From: Clostridia bacterium
GTDB taxonomy: Bacteria > Bacillota > Clostridia > TANB77 > CAG-508
DNA: 64,000 nt
NCBI GenBank assembly: GCA_022791325.1
Contig: JAAVYV010000019.1
Coordinates: 640-64,639 of the forward strand
Direction of reading: 5' to 3'
Shown here: positions 1-10,897 of the stretch, piece by piece
Layout of the letters: each line of letters opens with the position of its first letter
Numbering within the stretch: position 1 is the stretch's first letter
Position numbers and translations under genes: made by a program
The notes under the pieces: generated by a model
Seen by the model: the letters and a program-made list of their open reading frames with translations, nothing else
Databases searched by the model: none
Told to the model about the DNA's origin: nothing

Positions 1-328
1 TACATTAAAAAAATTAATAAATAATAACCTATTCTTAAAGTTGCTAAAACAAATAAATTTCATGATAGGTTTATTATAATAGACGGCAAAGAAATGTATC
101 ATCTAGGAGCTTCAATAAAGGACTTATGAAAGAAATGCTTTGCAATTAATAGAATTGAAGATATGGAAATTATAGAAAAAATTATTAATTTGTAAATTTT
201 AATGATTTAATTAAAGTTAGGAAATCCGTTTAGATGGAATAAATTACCAGAAGAAAATAAAAAAATTGACACATAAAGACCAATAATATAAAATTGTTTT
301 AGCTACAAAACAATAAGGAGGTCAATTT

Positions 329-862
329 ATGTGTCAAATAGATTATACAACAGAAAATAAAAAAAATAAACCCTTAGATGAATTTGAATTATCAAAAATA
401 GAAACATTATTAAATGAAGGATATAGTGCAACGCAGATAGCAGAAGAGATTGAAAGGGACGCAAGTACGATACAAAAAGAAATAAAAAATTTTTCAATAA
501 TAACAAAAGCGCAAAAGGATTGTGCTGTATGTGGGAACTATAATAGCTGTACAAAAACAAAAATATGTGGTAATAATATGAATATAGGATATTGCTCAAG
601 TTGTAAAGGGTGTAAAATAGCTGTGGAAAACTGTAATGAATATGATCCACAAGTAACATGTGAAAGACTAAGAGGAAAGAAAAGAGTATGTAATGATTGT
701 ATGAATTATAAAGAATGTAGAAAAGCAAAAAGAGTGTATGTAGCAAAAATTGCATGGAAACAACACATCGAAAATAAGAAAAACTCAGTAAAAAAGTATA
801 AATCAATAAATAAATCTAAAAATTGTAGTATTGCTTTGCCAATAAAAATATGCTATAATTAA
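329..862 (+). CDS. Small DNA-binding protein with an IS30-like HTH (HTH_38-type) N-terminus and a cysteine-rich C-terminus
   Basis: Intact 177-aa ORF with an AGGAGG RBS. Motif LSKIETLLNEGYSATQIAEEIERDASTIQKEIKN resembles the IS30 transposase N-terminal HTH. More than 15 Cys in CxxC pairs downstream. Confidence 0.45.
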   Translation: MCQIDYTTENKKNKPLDEFELSKIETLLNEGYSATQIAEEIERDASTIQKEIKNFSIITKAQKDCAVCGNYNSCTKTKICGNNMNIGYCSSCKGCKIAVENCNEYDPQVTCERLRGKKRVCNDCMNYKECRKAKRVYVAKIAWKQHIENKKNSVKKYKSINKSKNCSIALPIKICYN

Positions 863-871
863 TTTAATCTA

Positions 872-1387
872 TTGTACTTTACACAGCAAAGTACAGAAGA
901 AATTAATCATTTTTTCTGGAGGGGCTGTGTAAAACCTTCAGATGATTTTTGGAGGTATAATATGACATTTCAAGAAAAAATTGAATTATTGAATAATTTA
1001 AAAAATGACTATTATTATGGAACGAATAATTGTGACTTAGAAAAATTAAAAAATGAATTTGATGAGTTACATTTATCAGATGAGGATTTCATTCATGATG
1101 AGGATCATGAGCATGGTCAGCTATTTATTTGCCCTGATATAGAGGGAGAGTTTCCAAAAGTATATGAAATTGCAGGAGAAAATATGAAAAGAGCAATAGA
1201 TGTCATATATGACGCAATTGTACTTTATTATAAGGAAAGTGACTTTTGGGATGAAATAACTGACTTGACTTCTGATGAAGTGGTAAGACTTTATACTAAA
1301 CTTAACAATATTCCAATAATCAGATTTTTTTCTACGTCAAATGTTGAATTACTTAATTTAAAAAAGCTCAACAGAGATGTTCGGTGA
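872..1387 (+). CDS. Hypothetical acidic protein
   Basis: 171-aa ORF with consistent codon usage and no recognisable motif. It ends ...GTT CGG TGA; the stop may be affected by the same C-before-GG artefact seen elsewhere. Confidence 0.35.
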   Translation: MYFTQQSTEEINHFFWRGCVKPSDDFWRYNMTFQEKIELLNNLKNDYYYGTNNCDLEKLKNEFDELHLSDEDFIHDEDHEHGQLFICPDIEGEFPKVYEIAGENMKRAIDVIYDAIVLYYKESDFWDEITDLTSDEVVRLYTKLNNIPIIRFFSTSNVELLNLKKLNRDVR

Positions 1388-1440
1388 TTCAAAGAAACAT
1401 AGTATAAGGTATATTAAAAATTAATAAAGGGAGTTTTTTT

Positions 1441-2112
1441 ATGAAACGGAGAGTAGTATTATTAGGCATTATGTTATTTATACTTTTTTCTATTACTGGC
1501 TGTAGTACAAAAACAACACAATATGAAAGGCTTGTTAAAGAAAGTCCTGAAAGAGTTAAAAGTACTACTACAACAATAGATAAAGTTACATTATTAAGCG
1601 AAAATGTCTTAATAGTTTCAGAGACGTCAGCAGTAAGAGGAATAGTAACATTTGAAACAGATGAAAAACTTTATTTAATGGGTCATCTAGTGCGTCAGCC
1701 AGTTGGAAGTTTTGTTGTTAAAGTTGATGCAACTAATAATGATATTGATGTATCTAATTTAATAGGAGAGGTAATATCTAATACAGAAGATGGAGTAATT
1801 GCCGAAAAACGGAGAAGTATTAGAGAATACCAAACTATTCCAATAGCAAAAAGTGCTCATTTAGGAGAAGCATTTATACTGGGAAGAGATGATGAAGGAA
1901 ATATAAAGAAATATTCTATCAGCGTTGAGGCATTTAAAGAAGACCAGAATATGTTCTTTTATTCTTCTTCGGAGATAAAGTTTTGTGAAGGAACAAGCGG
2001 TTCTCCAATTATCCAAAATAATGAGTTAATTGGAGTACACTTTGCTTCAACGGAAGATGAAGAAAAAGGATGTGCTTGGCTAATTTGGAGTTTAGATATT
2101 TTGAACTCTTAA
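1441..2112 (+). CDS. Lipoprotein with trypsin-like serine peptidase signature
   Basis: Signal peptide plus lipobox (LFSITGCS). GTSGSPI motif near the C-terminus resembles the GDSGGP catalytic-serine motif of S1 peptidases. Confidence 0.45.
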   Translation: MKRRVVLLGIMLFILFSITGCSTKTTQYERLVKESPERVKSTTTTIDKVTLLSENVLIVSETSAVRGIVTFETDEKLYLMGHLVRQPVGSFVVKVDATNNDIDVSNLIGEVISNTEDGVIAEKRRSIREYQTIPIAKSAHLGEAFILGRDDEGNIKKYSISVEAFKEDQNMFFYSSSEIKFCEGTSGSPIIQNNELIGVHFASTEDEEKGCAWLIWSLDILNS

Positions 2113-2142
2113 TATTAATAATATTCCTTAATTAGAGGCTAT

Positions 2143-2282
2143 AAAAAAGTAAGTCAAAGGGCGCGCGAGGGAATTGGCAAAAGGGACGGGGGAAATTGAC
2201 ACACTTTATCTTTTAAAGATGTGTCAATTTCCCCCGTCCCTTTTGCCAATTCCCTCGCGCGCCCTTTGACTTACTTTTTTAC
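2143..2282. repeat. 140-bp perfect palindrome (about 62-bp GC-rich arms, 16-nt loop)
   Basis: AAAAAAGTAAGTCAAAGGGCGCGCGAGGGAATTGGCAAAAGGGACGGGGGAAATTGACACA...TGTGTCAATTTCCCCCGTCCCTTTTGCCAATTCCCTCGCGCGCCCTTTGACTTACTTTTTT. No mismatches in the arms. Confidence 0.8.
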
Positions 2283-2300
2283 TGCCTCTAATTTTTTTAT

Positions 2301-2375
2301 AGTATAGTAAAAATCGATTTTAAATTGTAGGGGGACGAGATTAGTACTCGTCAATGTGGAAAAGCTACTTTTATT
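2301..2375. repeat. Short-form TGTAGGGG element (AAATTGTAGGGGgaCGAG..CTCGTC..TGTgGAAAAGCtACTTT)
   Basis: Near-identical architecture to 51617-51690. Both lie just downstream of a strong hairpin. Confidence 0.6.
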
Positions 2376-2424
2376 CTTTATAATGGCAAAATTAATAAAA
2401 AATATATAAAAATGTCAAAAAATG

Positions 2425-2453
2425 TTTACATTTATCAAAAAGTTGTATACAAT
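2425..2453 (+). promoter_or_regulatory. Candidate promoter TTTACA-17-TACAAT upstream of glycosyltransferase gene
   Basis: Hexamers with 17-nt spacing, about 50 nt upstream of the RBS. Confidence 0.4.
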
Positions 2454-2504
2454 AGTTCTAACTAAAAACAAAAGAAAACAAAAGCTGAAAGGAGCTATTA
2501 AAAT

Positions 2505-3797
2505 ATGAAAATATTAATGCTAACTTGGGAATATCCACCAAGAATAGTAGGAGGAATTGCAAGAGTAGTACATGACTTATCAAAAAGACTAATAAAAGAT
2601 GGTCATGAAGTAACAGTAGTAACCTATAGAGAAGGAAATACACCATATTATGAAGATGATAAAGGTGTAAAAGTATATAGAGTTGATAATTATATGATAA
2701 AAGCTAACAACTTTATAGAATGGATTATGCAATTAAACTTTAACATGGTAGCAAAGGCATCTGAAATAATTGCAAAAGAAGGCAAATTTGATGTTATACA
2801 TGCACATGACTGGTTAGTAGCAAATAGTGCAAAAACATTAAAACATGCATATGAAATACCAATAATATCAACCATACATGCAACAGAAAGTGGAAGAAAT
2901 AGTGGAATACATGATGAAACACAAAGGTATATTAATGATACAGAATGGATGCTTACATATGAATCAACAGAAGTTATAGTAAATAGTAACTTTATGAAAG
3001 GTCATGTTCAGAATCTATTTGGTTTACCATTTGACAAAATAAATGTAGTACCAAATGGAATAAATATAACTAATTTTAATGGAATAGAACGAGACTACGA
3101 ATTTAGAAGACAATATGCTTCAGATAATGAAAAAATAATATTGTATATGGGTCGCTTAGTATATGAAAAAGGAATACAACACTTAATTTCAGCCATGCCA
3201 AAAATATTAAATGGATATAATGATGCAAAACTTATAATAGCAGGAAAAGGTGGAATGTTAGAAGAGCTAAAATCACAAGCAGAGAGGATGGGAATAGGAA
3301 ATAAAGTATACTTTACAGGGTACTTAAACTCAAAGCAAGTGCAAAAAATGTACAAATGTAGTGACATAGCAGTATTTCCAAGTACATACGAGCCATTTGG
3401 AATAGTAGCATTAGAAGCAATGCTAGCAGGAGTACCTACAGTAGTATCAGATGTAGGAGGACTAAATGAAATAGTAGAGCATAAAGTAAATGGAATGAAA
3501 AGTTATGCAGGAAATTCAAACTCGGTAGCAGATTCAATATTAACATTATTATATGACCATCAATTATGTAGTAGTATTGCAAAAAATGCAAAATCAAAGG
3601 TAAAGCAAGAATATAACTGGAACAAAATAGCACAAGACACACACTTTGTATATCAAAAGGCAATATGCCAAACAATGGCAGAAAAGCAAGCAAGGCAAAT
3701 TGAGCAAGAACAAGCTCAAAAGACTAAAAAAGCTAAAAACACTGATAGTGAAATAACGAATTTGTTGGCATTTAAGTCAAAACATGCGTATGCGTAA
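2505..3797 (+). CDS. Glycosyltransferase, GT4 family (group 1)
   Basis: 430 aa. N-terminal LTWEYPPRIVGGIARVVHDL and C-terminal EPFGIVALEAMLAGVPTV motifs typical of GT4 retaining glycosyltransferases. RBS AAAGGAG. Confidence 0.8.
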   Translation: MKILMLTWEYPPRIVGGIARVVHDLSKRLIKDGHEVTVVTYREGNTPYYEDDKGVKVYRVDNYMIKANNFIEWIMQLNFNMVAKASEIIAKEGKFDVIHAHDWLVANSAKTLKHAYEIPIISTIHATESGRNSGIHDETQRYINDTEWMLTYESTEVIVNSNFMKGHVQNLFGLPFDKINVVPNGINITNFNGIERDYEFRRQYASDNEKIILYMGRLVYEKGIQHLISAMPKILNGYNDAKLIIAGKGGMLEELKSQAERMGIGNKVYFTGYLNSKQVQKMYKCSDIAVFPSTYEPFGIVALEAMLAGVPTVVSDVGGLNEIVEHKVNGMKSYAGNSNSVADSILTLLYDHQLCSSIAKNAKSKVKQEYNWNKIAQDTHFVYQKAICQTMAEKQARQIEQEQAQKTKKAKNTDSEITNLLAFKSKHAYA

Positions 3798-3842
3798 GTG
3801 CATAAATGCGTAGTGAATAATGAATAGTGAATAATTTTATAG

Positions 3843-4004
3843 ATGCAGGGGAGAGCGACGTCTGCTATCTACGTTAAAACGAATACTTAAATAAAATATG
3901 CAAGTCTAGGGAATTTTCGTAGAAAGAGCCGACGTTACACTAACTCATAACTTATCTTTTAACTCGCTATCGCTCGAAGAGTTAAGAAATAGTCGCCACT
4001 ACAA
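3843..4004. repeat. MITE/REP-like intergenic element (diverged member of the TGTAGGGG…CCTACA family)
   Basis: Shares TAGAAAGAgCcGAcG, ATAACTTATcTTTTAACTCG and AGTCGCCaCTACAAA blocks with 60832-60985 and 59501-59650. Preceded by the 21-mer GTGAATAATGAATAGTGAATA, also found at 61713. Confidence 0.55.
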
Positions 4005-4031
4005 ATAAATTAATATAAAAATACGAAAGGA

Positions 4032-4376
4032 TTGATAATAATGAACGTTTATGATACAGCAAACAAATTAGCAGGAGAAATAAAGAGTTCAGAAGAATAT
4101 AAACAATACAGAGAAGCAAAACAAAAAATAGATAATAATCCAGAACTAAAACAAAAAATAGATGAATTCGAAAAATTAAGATATGATGTACAAGTATTAG
4201 CTATTCAAGGAAAAGAAGCAGGAGAGGAAAAGAACAAAAAGCTTCAAGAAATGTATGCAATACTAATAGGGGAAAAAGAAATAAAAGAATATTTTGATTT
4301 AGAAGTAAAATTCAATGTAATGATAGCAGATGTAAATAAAATAATAGCAGAAGCAGTACAAGATGTACTACTATAA
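4032..4376 (+). CDS. YlbF/YmcA family (UPF0342) regulatory protein
   Basis: 114 aa. MNVYDTANKLAGEIKSSEEYKQYREAK... matches the YlbF family N-terminus in length and character. Confidence 0.6.
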   Translation: MIIMNVYDTANKLAGEIKSSEEYKQYREAKQKIDNNPELKQKIDEFEKLRYDVQVLAIQGKEAGEEKNKKLQEMYAILIGEKEIKEYFDLEVKFNVMIADVNKIIAEAVQDVLL

Positions 4377-4467
4377 ATGTCGAAAAAAGTCACAAAAAGT
4401 AAAATTGTGGCTTTTTGTTTTGAAGTTGGAAGTTGGAAAGCAAAAGTTAAAAATAGAAAAATAGATT

Positions 4468-4566
4468 GTAGGGGTCGCTGCCTTCGGCGACCCAATTCTA
4501 GAAATATATTCTGTTTTGATATAATAAGATGTATTTGCGGGTCGCCGAAGGCGGCGACCCCTACAA
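4468..4566. repeat. TGTAGGGG-family element (two GC-rich hairpins in inverted orientation)
   Basis: TGTAGGGGTCGCTGCCTTCGGCGACCC ... GCGGGTCGCCGAAGGCGGCGACCCCTACA. Confidence 0.7.
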
Positions 4567-4621
4567 TACATATTAAGATAATTAAACAGTTTAATATATA
4601 AATAAAAAAAGGAGGAAGAAT

Positions 4622-5341
4622 ATGGAACACATATTTATTTTAATAGGATGTATAACAACAATAGCAATATTATATTTTGCACTAGGAGTTAATATAAAAA
4701 AAATAAAAGAATCAGCCCAAAATGAAAAATTAGATGAATTAGTAAGTAAATTCCCAGAAAATGAAGAAATATGTAGAAGCATTTTAAAAAAACTAAAAAA
4801 TGAAAAAGTTACAATAAAACAAAATGAAGACAAAGAAAATAAAACAAGCCTATATGTAGCAATTTCAAACACTATATTTATAGCAAATATAAAAGATACA
4901 TATACTAGAATTCAAACAATAGCACATGAATGTATACACTCTACTCAAAGCAAGCGAATGCTACTTTTTAATTTTTACTATTCAAACATCTACTTACTAT
5001 ATTTTGTTATTTCAATAATACTTACAATATGTAAGGTTTTCACAAACTATAACTTACAAATAATAATTTTGTTGCTAATGGGTGTAATATACTATATAAT
5101 TAGGTCATTTCTAGAAACAGATGCAATGACAAGAGCAAAATATATAGCAGAAGATTACATGAAAGAATATATAAAAGAAAATGAAATAGCTAACATAGAA
5201 GAAATAATAGAACTTACCAATACATATGATAAAATTAATAAAATAGGTATACCAGCATATAATTTTTTATTAATAAATAGTAGTATTATAAAAGTAATAA
5301 TATATACCTTAATTGTTATAGTAATAAGTTTTTTTAGTTAG
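4622..5341 (+). CDS. Membrane protein with HExxH zinc-metallopeptidase-like motif
   Basis: 239 aa with several predicted TM segments. HECIH motif between TM1 and TM2. Confidence 0.4.
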   Translation: MEHIFILIGCITTIAILYFALGVNIKKIKESAQNEKLDELVSKFPENEEICRSILKKLKNEKVTIKQNEDKENKTSLYVAISNTIFIANIKDTYTRIQTIAHECIHSTQSKRMLLFNFYYSNIYLLYFVISIILTICKVFTNYNLQIIILLLMGVIYYIIRSFLETDAMTRAKYIAEDYMKEYIKENEIANIEEIIELTNTYDKINKIGIPAYNFLLINSSIIKVIIYTLIVIVISFFS

Positions 5342-5427
5342 AAGTATTGAAAAATAAAGCAAAAAATGTTACAATATTTACATAATTTGACATACTAATT
5401 ACAACTAATAATTTAGGAGGTAAGAAA

Positions 5428-6114
5428 ATGAAGAAAGTAGAAGATATGCTAGAAAGAGTTACACAGTGGTTACGGCAAGAAGATAGGATACCAAAAATAG
5501 TATGTTATACAATGCTTATACTATTTGAGGTGGCATTAATTTTAGAAACAATAATACTACTACCTAATTATATTATAGCAACTATAGGAACTTATATAAT
5601 AATAAGACTATTAGTTTTTTGCAAACAAAAAGTAATTTTTAAGAAATTTAACAAGAAGTTAATGGAAATTCCAAAATGTACAATGATAATATTTTTTATA
5701 TTAACAATAGCTACTTTTGTAATGGCACATTATACTTTTATAGCGGTAATACTAGTAGCAATTCAAGCTATTATATATCAGAATTTTAAAAATAGTATTA
5801 AGCTAAAAATACAAGAAAGTATAAAGTTAGTAGATGAAAACCTTAAAGAAAACTTTTATAAAAGGGTATATGCCAGATATTTACCATGGAATACAGAAAA
5901 AATTGCTAATTACAAAATAGAAACATTCAATTTTTATGCAATTAAAGAAGGGCAGAATGTAGTAATTTGTTACCCAACTAGACCATATTTAATAGAGAAA
6001 AATAATACAGTGCCTAAAAAATACTTAACAGAAAAAAACTCTTGTATAGAAAAAAGTATAAAAAAAGAGGATTTTACAAAATATTTTTCTTTAGAAAAGC
6101 AAGAGCATAAATAA
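5428..6114 (+). CDS. Hypothetical membrane protein
   Basis: 228 aa with a GGAGG RBS and four hydrophobic helices. Confidence 0.4.
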   Translation: MKKVEDMLERVTQWLRQEDRIPKIVCYTMLILFEVALILETIILLPNYIIATIGTYIIIRLLVFCKQKVIFKKFNKKLMEIPKCTMIIFFILTIATFVMAHYTFIAVILVAIQAIIYQNFKNSIKLKIQESIKLVDENLKENFYKRVYARYLPWNTEKIANYKIETFNFYAIKEGQNVVICYPTRPYLIEKNNTVPKKYLTEKNSCIEKSIKKEDFTKYFSLEKQEHK

Positions 6115-6212
6115 ATTGAATATTAAAGTGATTTTTATTATACCTATATACCACAAGCTATTTTATGGGGAGAGTATTATAGGATAAGAAATGAAACAAA
6201 TTATCTGTAAAT

Positions 6213-6277
6213 AAAGGGAATGTAAAAAAAGGAAAGTTTTGAACGTGTTCCAAAACTTTCCTTTTTACATTCCCTTT
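6213..6277. terminator. Long convergent hairpin (about 30-bp stem) between the 5428 gene (+) and the Lon-like gene (-)
   Basis: AAAGGGAATGTAAAAAAAGGAAAGTTTTG-loop-CAAAACTTTCCTTTTTACATTCCCTTT. Loop carries the TTTTGAACGTGTTCCAAAA motif. Confidence 0.6.
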
Positions 6278-6283
6278 GACTTT

Positions 6284-8687
6284 TTACAAATCTTTGCTAA
6301 AACTAGCATATTTCTTGAGTTTCTCTTGTACCAAATAATTTATAGAACCAGCAGGGAATTTGCCATTTGCATCTTTTTTACCAGCAGGTACTCCTGTTAA
6401 TATTTCGATACCTTCATCAATTGTAGAAATAGCATAAATATGAAATTTACCATTTTTTACATCTTCAATTATTTCATCAGAAAGGCTCAAATTGTTAACA
6501 TTCTGAATAGGAATTATAACACCATTAGAACCATCTAAACCACGTAATTTACAAACTTGGTAAAAACCTTCTATTTTATCATTAACTCCACCAATAGGTT
6601 GTATTTCGCCTTTTTGATTTACAGATCCAGTTACAGCTAAAGTTTGATTAATTGGTATTCCAGACAAACTTGAAAGTATGGCATATAACTCTGTACTTGA
6701 AGCACTATCACCATCTACACCATTATATAATTGTTCAAAACATATACTTGCTGTAAGGGATAGAGGAATTTCTTGTGCAAACATTTCACCTAAATAACCA
6801 CTTAAAATTAACACCCCTTTTGAATGTGAAGAACCTGAAAGTTCAACTTCTCTTTCTATATTTACAACACCAGTTTTGCCGTAAATATGTGTTAGCAGTT
6901 ATTTTTACAGGTTTTCCAAAAGTATAATCTCCAATTGTCATTATTGTTAAACCATTAATTTGACCTTTTCTTGCTCCTTTAGTATCAATTAAAAGAGTAT
7001 TTTGCTCAATCATTTCCATATACCTAGAATCATATTTTTTAACTCTTTCTACTCTTTGTTTTAAAGCAATATCAATATATTCTGATGTTACTACTTTTTT
7101 TCTATCCATTTTAGCCCAAGTGGCAGCTTCACCAATAACTTGGCCAATATCAGTAAACCTTGTAGATATTTTATCTCTGTCATCAGCAATTTTTGAGGCA
7201 TATTCTACAACTTTAGCAACAGCACCTCTATCTAAATGCGGAAGTTCTTCTTGCTCACAAAAACCATGAATAAATTTTGCAAGTTTATTTACATTTTCAG
7301 TTGTAATAGGAGCATTTTCTTCAAATTCAACTTTTATTTTAAATAGTTTTCTAAAATCACTATCCATAGCTAAAAGTGTTTGATAAATTTGATCATTTCC
7401 GACAACTAAAACTTTAACATCTAATGGAATAGGTTCAGGTTTTAAAGAAACCATAACCATTGAAGAACGTTGGTCTGCTGTATTTTCTATAGAAATTTCC
7501 TTAATACGAAGAGCTTTTTTTAATGCTTCATAACAAATTCCATTTGCAATTAGGTCTTTAGCTTGAAATATAATGTATCCACCATTTGCAATATGAAGAA
7601 GACCAGGCTTTAACATAGTATAATCAGTTTTTAAAGCACCATAATAATTTTCGTATTCTAATTTGCCAAATATATTGTGGTAAGAATAGTTAGAGTCCAT
7701 AATAACTGGAGCACCTTCTAAATTACTATTATCTACAAATAAATTAACACGGTAGTTAAGCCATGGTTTAGGAGGCTCTTTAGCAGGACCTTGAGTAGAA
7801 CCTGATGGAACTTCTTCACCTACAAAAATTGAAATATTTTTTAATATATCTTGTTTAACATCTGTAAGGAATTTATTAATTTTTTTATTTCTTTTATATT
7901 TATTTTTTATATAGTTAATATGTGAGTTAACAGTAAGTAGGGCAATGTTTGCTTGCCATTCTTCAATTTTTTTATCAGAAGCTCTTTCAATTTCTTTTAT
8001 CTTACCAATAGCTTCCATTACTTGCTCTTGAACAATTACAGATTTTTCTTCAAATTGTTTTTTTATAGTATCATCTAATTTTTCAAATTCTTCCTCTTCA
8101 ATTGTTTTACCATCAATAATAGGCATCATATAAATACCATTTTGAGCAGATTTAACTTGGAAACCATGTTTTTCAGACTCTTCATTTAATTTATCTAATA
8201 GGTATGACCTTTTTTCTTCAAATTCCTGTTTAATTAAAGTTTTCTCTTTTTCAAAATCATCATTATTAAAAGTATTTTTAATATCCTTGCGAATATCTTT
8301 AATAAATAAATTCATATTTTCTTCAAACTCTTTACCTTGACCTGCTGGAAGAGAAACTGCAATAGGTTCATTAGGGTTTTCAAAATTATAAATATAACAC
8401 CAGTCAGAAGGAACTTTTTTCTTTTTAGAAATTTTATCTAAATAGTTTTTGGCATACATAGTTTTACCAACACCACTAGGCCCCTCTAAATAAATGTTAT
8501 AACCTTTAACATCTACATTAACGCCAAACTCTAAAGCTTTAATACCTCTATCTTGACCAATACCAGAGTCAATACCTTCAAGCTCAGAAGTATCTTCAAA
8601 TTTAAATACATCTGGGTTACATATCCTTTTTAAATCTTTATAAGATAATTCATTTTTTTTCATTTGTTTTTTCTCCTTTAATTTCAT
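6284..8687 (-). CDS. Lon-like ATP-dependent protease (COG1067/LonB-type: AAA+ ATPase plus S16 peptidase), interrupted by an apparent +1 frameshift at about 6881
   Basis: N-terminal Walker A GPSGVGKT. C-terminal S16 catalytic region (DGDSASS, KGEIQPIGGVNDKIEG). The two ORFs (614 and 176 aa) join perfectly when one C (gene strand TTA[C]GGC) is removed, giving ...[39 protein letters not shown]. Confidence 0.75.
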
Positions 8688-8710
8688 ATATTAATTCAAT
8701 GTATTTACAT

Positions 8711-8790
8711 TGTAGGGGTCGCCGCCATCGGCGACCCGCATATTATTACTGTATCATAATACATCAAAATTTGATATAATCGCCCCTACA
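8711..8790. repeat. TGTAGGGG-family element in the Lon-like/rimI intergenic region
   Basis: TGTAGGGGTCGCCGCCATCGGCGACCC...AATCGCCCCTACA. Confidence 0.65.
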
Positions 8791-8830
8791 TAACATTTCA
8801 ATTTATAAATATTTACATGAAGGTATAGAA

Positions 8831-9280
8831 TTATAATTCCAGTGTCATTAAAATTGCATTATCTATACCATCATAATATTTTTTCCTAAAACCAACCTGC
8901 TTAAAATCAAATTGCTCATATAAATGAATAGCAGGCTTATTATTTTCATTTACTTCTAATGTAATACTATTGCATTTTTCTTCTTTAGCAATATTAATTA
9001 ACTCATTCAAAATAAATTTTGCAAATCCCATATTTCTTTTATCTTTTCTAGTTACAATATTCATAACATCAGCTATATCCAAAACAATTTTAATTCCACC
9101 ATAGCAAACAATTTCATCATCATAACGAGCTACTAAATAACTAGAATTATTATTTACAAGTTCTTCCTTAAATATTTCATAACTCCAAAAATTATCAAAA
9201 CTTTCAGCCAAATTTTCTTTAATTTCATCCAAATCCGAAACATGCATGGTGTGAATTACCATTTTAGTTAAATCAAACAT
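8831..9280 (-). CDS. rimI: GNAT N-acetyltransferase, RimI-like (ribosomal-protein-alanine acetyltransferase)
   Basis: 149-aa GNAT fold motifs. Sits immediately downstream of tsaB as in the conserved tsaE-tsaB-rimI arrangement. Confidence 0.65.
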   Translation of the reverse strand: MFDLTKMVIHTMHVSDLDEIKENLAESFDNFWSYEIFKEELVNNNSSYLVARYDDEIVCYGGIKIVLDIADVMNIVTRKDKRNMGFAKFILNELINIAKEEKCNSITLEVNENNKPAIHLYEQFDFKQVGFRKKYYDGIDNAILMTLEL

Positions 9281-9396
9281 ATCCTTTTCTCCTATTTACC
9301 CCAAAAGGACCAGGTTATTTTGGGGTAAATTATTTTTGTTATATTTTACATCTATTTAAATATTAACTGCAAATAGTAAAAACACTACTGTTATTC

Positions 9397-10110
9397 TTAA
9401 TTTTCACCCTCCAAAGCCCTTTCAGCCTGTGATTTCCTTAAATACAATGGAGAAAGTGAATTTGAATCTCCATAAATTCCTTTATTATATTTATTAAAAC
9501 CAGCTATTCCAATGCTAACTGAAGTTTGTTTATTAAGTTCATCTTCTACAAATAATGAGTTACGAAATTTGTCTAAAATTAAACTTTTATGACAAACAGC
9601 ACCATCACCAACAAATAAAATACTAGATGAAGAATATTTATCTAAAAGGTTTAATACTTCATTAATATTTTTAGCACATAAATCCTCTAACTGAACAAAT
9701 TCATCACTTTCATTTTTAAAAACGCCACAATAAACATTATCATTTTTAGCATCAATTAAAGAACATACAATAGTTGAATTACTTTCAATATTTGAACTTA
9801 GAGTATTATAAGCCAAACCTTCTAAGGAACTAACAGAAGTAACAGGAACATTTGTAACATCACAAAAAGCCTTAACAGTAGAAACCCCAATACGAACTCC
9901 TGTAAAGGAACCAGGTCCAACACTACAGCTAAATAAATCAAAATCAGTAAGTTTCATATTTAATTCATTTAAAATATTATCAATCATAGGCATTAGTTTT
10001 TGTGAATGTGTAAGGCTATCATCAATATTTTTTTCAATAATTACATTATTATCTTCTAAAACAGCAACAGAGCAAATTTTAGAAGAAGTATCAATACTTA
10101 AAATTTTCAA
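9397..10110 (-). CDS. tsaB: tRNA threonylcarbamoyladenosine biosynthesis protein TsaB (YeaZ)
   Basis: MKILSIDTSS...VAVLEDN...GPGSFTGVRIGVSTVKAF is the canonical TsaB/YeaZ N-terminus. Confidence 0.85.
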   Translation of the reverse strand: MKILSIDTSSKICSVAVLEDNNVIIEKNIDDSLTHSQKLMPMIDNILNELNMKLTDFDLFSCSVGPGSFTGVRIGVSTVKAFCDVTNVPVTSVSSLEGLAYNTLSSNIESNSTIVCSLIDAKNDNVYCGVFKNESDEFVQLEDLCAKNINEVLNLLDKYSSSSILFVGDGAVCHKSLILDKFRNSLFVEDELNKQTSVSIGIAGFNKYNKGIYGDSNSLSPLYLRKSQAERALEGEN

Positions 10111-10468
10111 AATAATTCCCTCTTTTCTTAGTCAATATTCTACATTAATATACAAAGTTTGTAAACATTTTTAGATAAAGAAAAGATTACAATAATATTA
10201 CAAATGTTACACAAATATTATTTTTACATTACATTATAATAATTCGTTGAAAATATAGGTAAAATATGGTATTTTATATAGTACAAAAAGGAGAATGGTT
10301 ATGGATATAGAAGATATAAATCAAGAGTTGTTAAACACTCTTTCTATAAAAGAAAAATCTAATTTAGTAGGTAGGTTAGAAAGAAACCTAAGGATACAAA
10401 AAATATTATATGAAGATGAAAAAAAGAAACACACAAATGATTATGAAAGATAATTGGAGGCATCCTAA

Positions 10469-10828
10469 ATGGATAAAAATAGTACAAATGAACTTACAAT
10501 AGTAAGGTTAAGTATAATAGATAGAATTAAAAATTTCTTCAAAAAATTATTTTCTAAAAAAGAGAAAGTAGAAAATGTAGAAGTGCAAGAAAATAAAAAG
10601 GAAAACACTTTTATTAATAATGTAAAAATACAAGCAGATGATGAAGAAAAAAGACTATTAAAACTACAAGCATTAATCGCAGATGATATAGTAACAGAAG
10701 AAGAACTACCAGAAGAAGATGTAAAAGCCTTACATAGACTATATGATAGGCAAATATTGCAATTGAAAAAAGAGATAGATGATTATAGAGAAAGAATATT
10801 AAAATTAAGAATGAATATAAGTGAGTAA
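10469..10828 (+). CDS. Hypothetical coiled-coil protein
   Basis: 119-aa Glu/Lys-rich ORF. Followed by hairpin terminator 10898-10929. Confidence 0.35.
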   Translation: MDKNSTNELTIVRLSIIDRIKNFFKKLFSKKEKVENVEVQENKKENTFINNVKIQADDEEKRLLKLQALIADDIVTEEELPEEDVKALHRLYDRQILQLKKEIDDYRERILKLRMNISE

Positions 10829-10897
10829 AAAACAAAATTATCTTAAAAAAATGTAAGAAAGACACAAAAAGTGATTTGAGAAAATGTAGTAAACTAT

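Noticed and set aside
327-806. Numerous minus-strand poly-Leu/Phe ORFs (e.g. 327-806, 2458-2646, 16154-16345, 33571-33876, 36034-36432, 41031-41534)
   Set aside because: These are shadow ORFs created by the A-rich (GAA/AAG/AAA) coding strand. They have no RBS, low-complexity translations, and fully overlap well-supported + strand genes.
4244-4630. ORFs 4244-4630, 4371-4571 and 4377-4601 overlapping the GC-rich hairpin element
   Set aside because: They lie inside the TGTAGGGG-family repeat. The reading frames derive from palindromic GC-rich sequence and have no translation signals.
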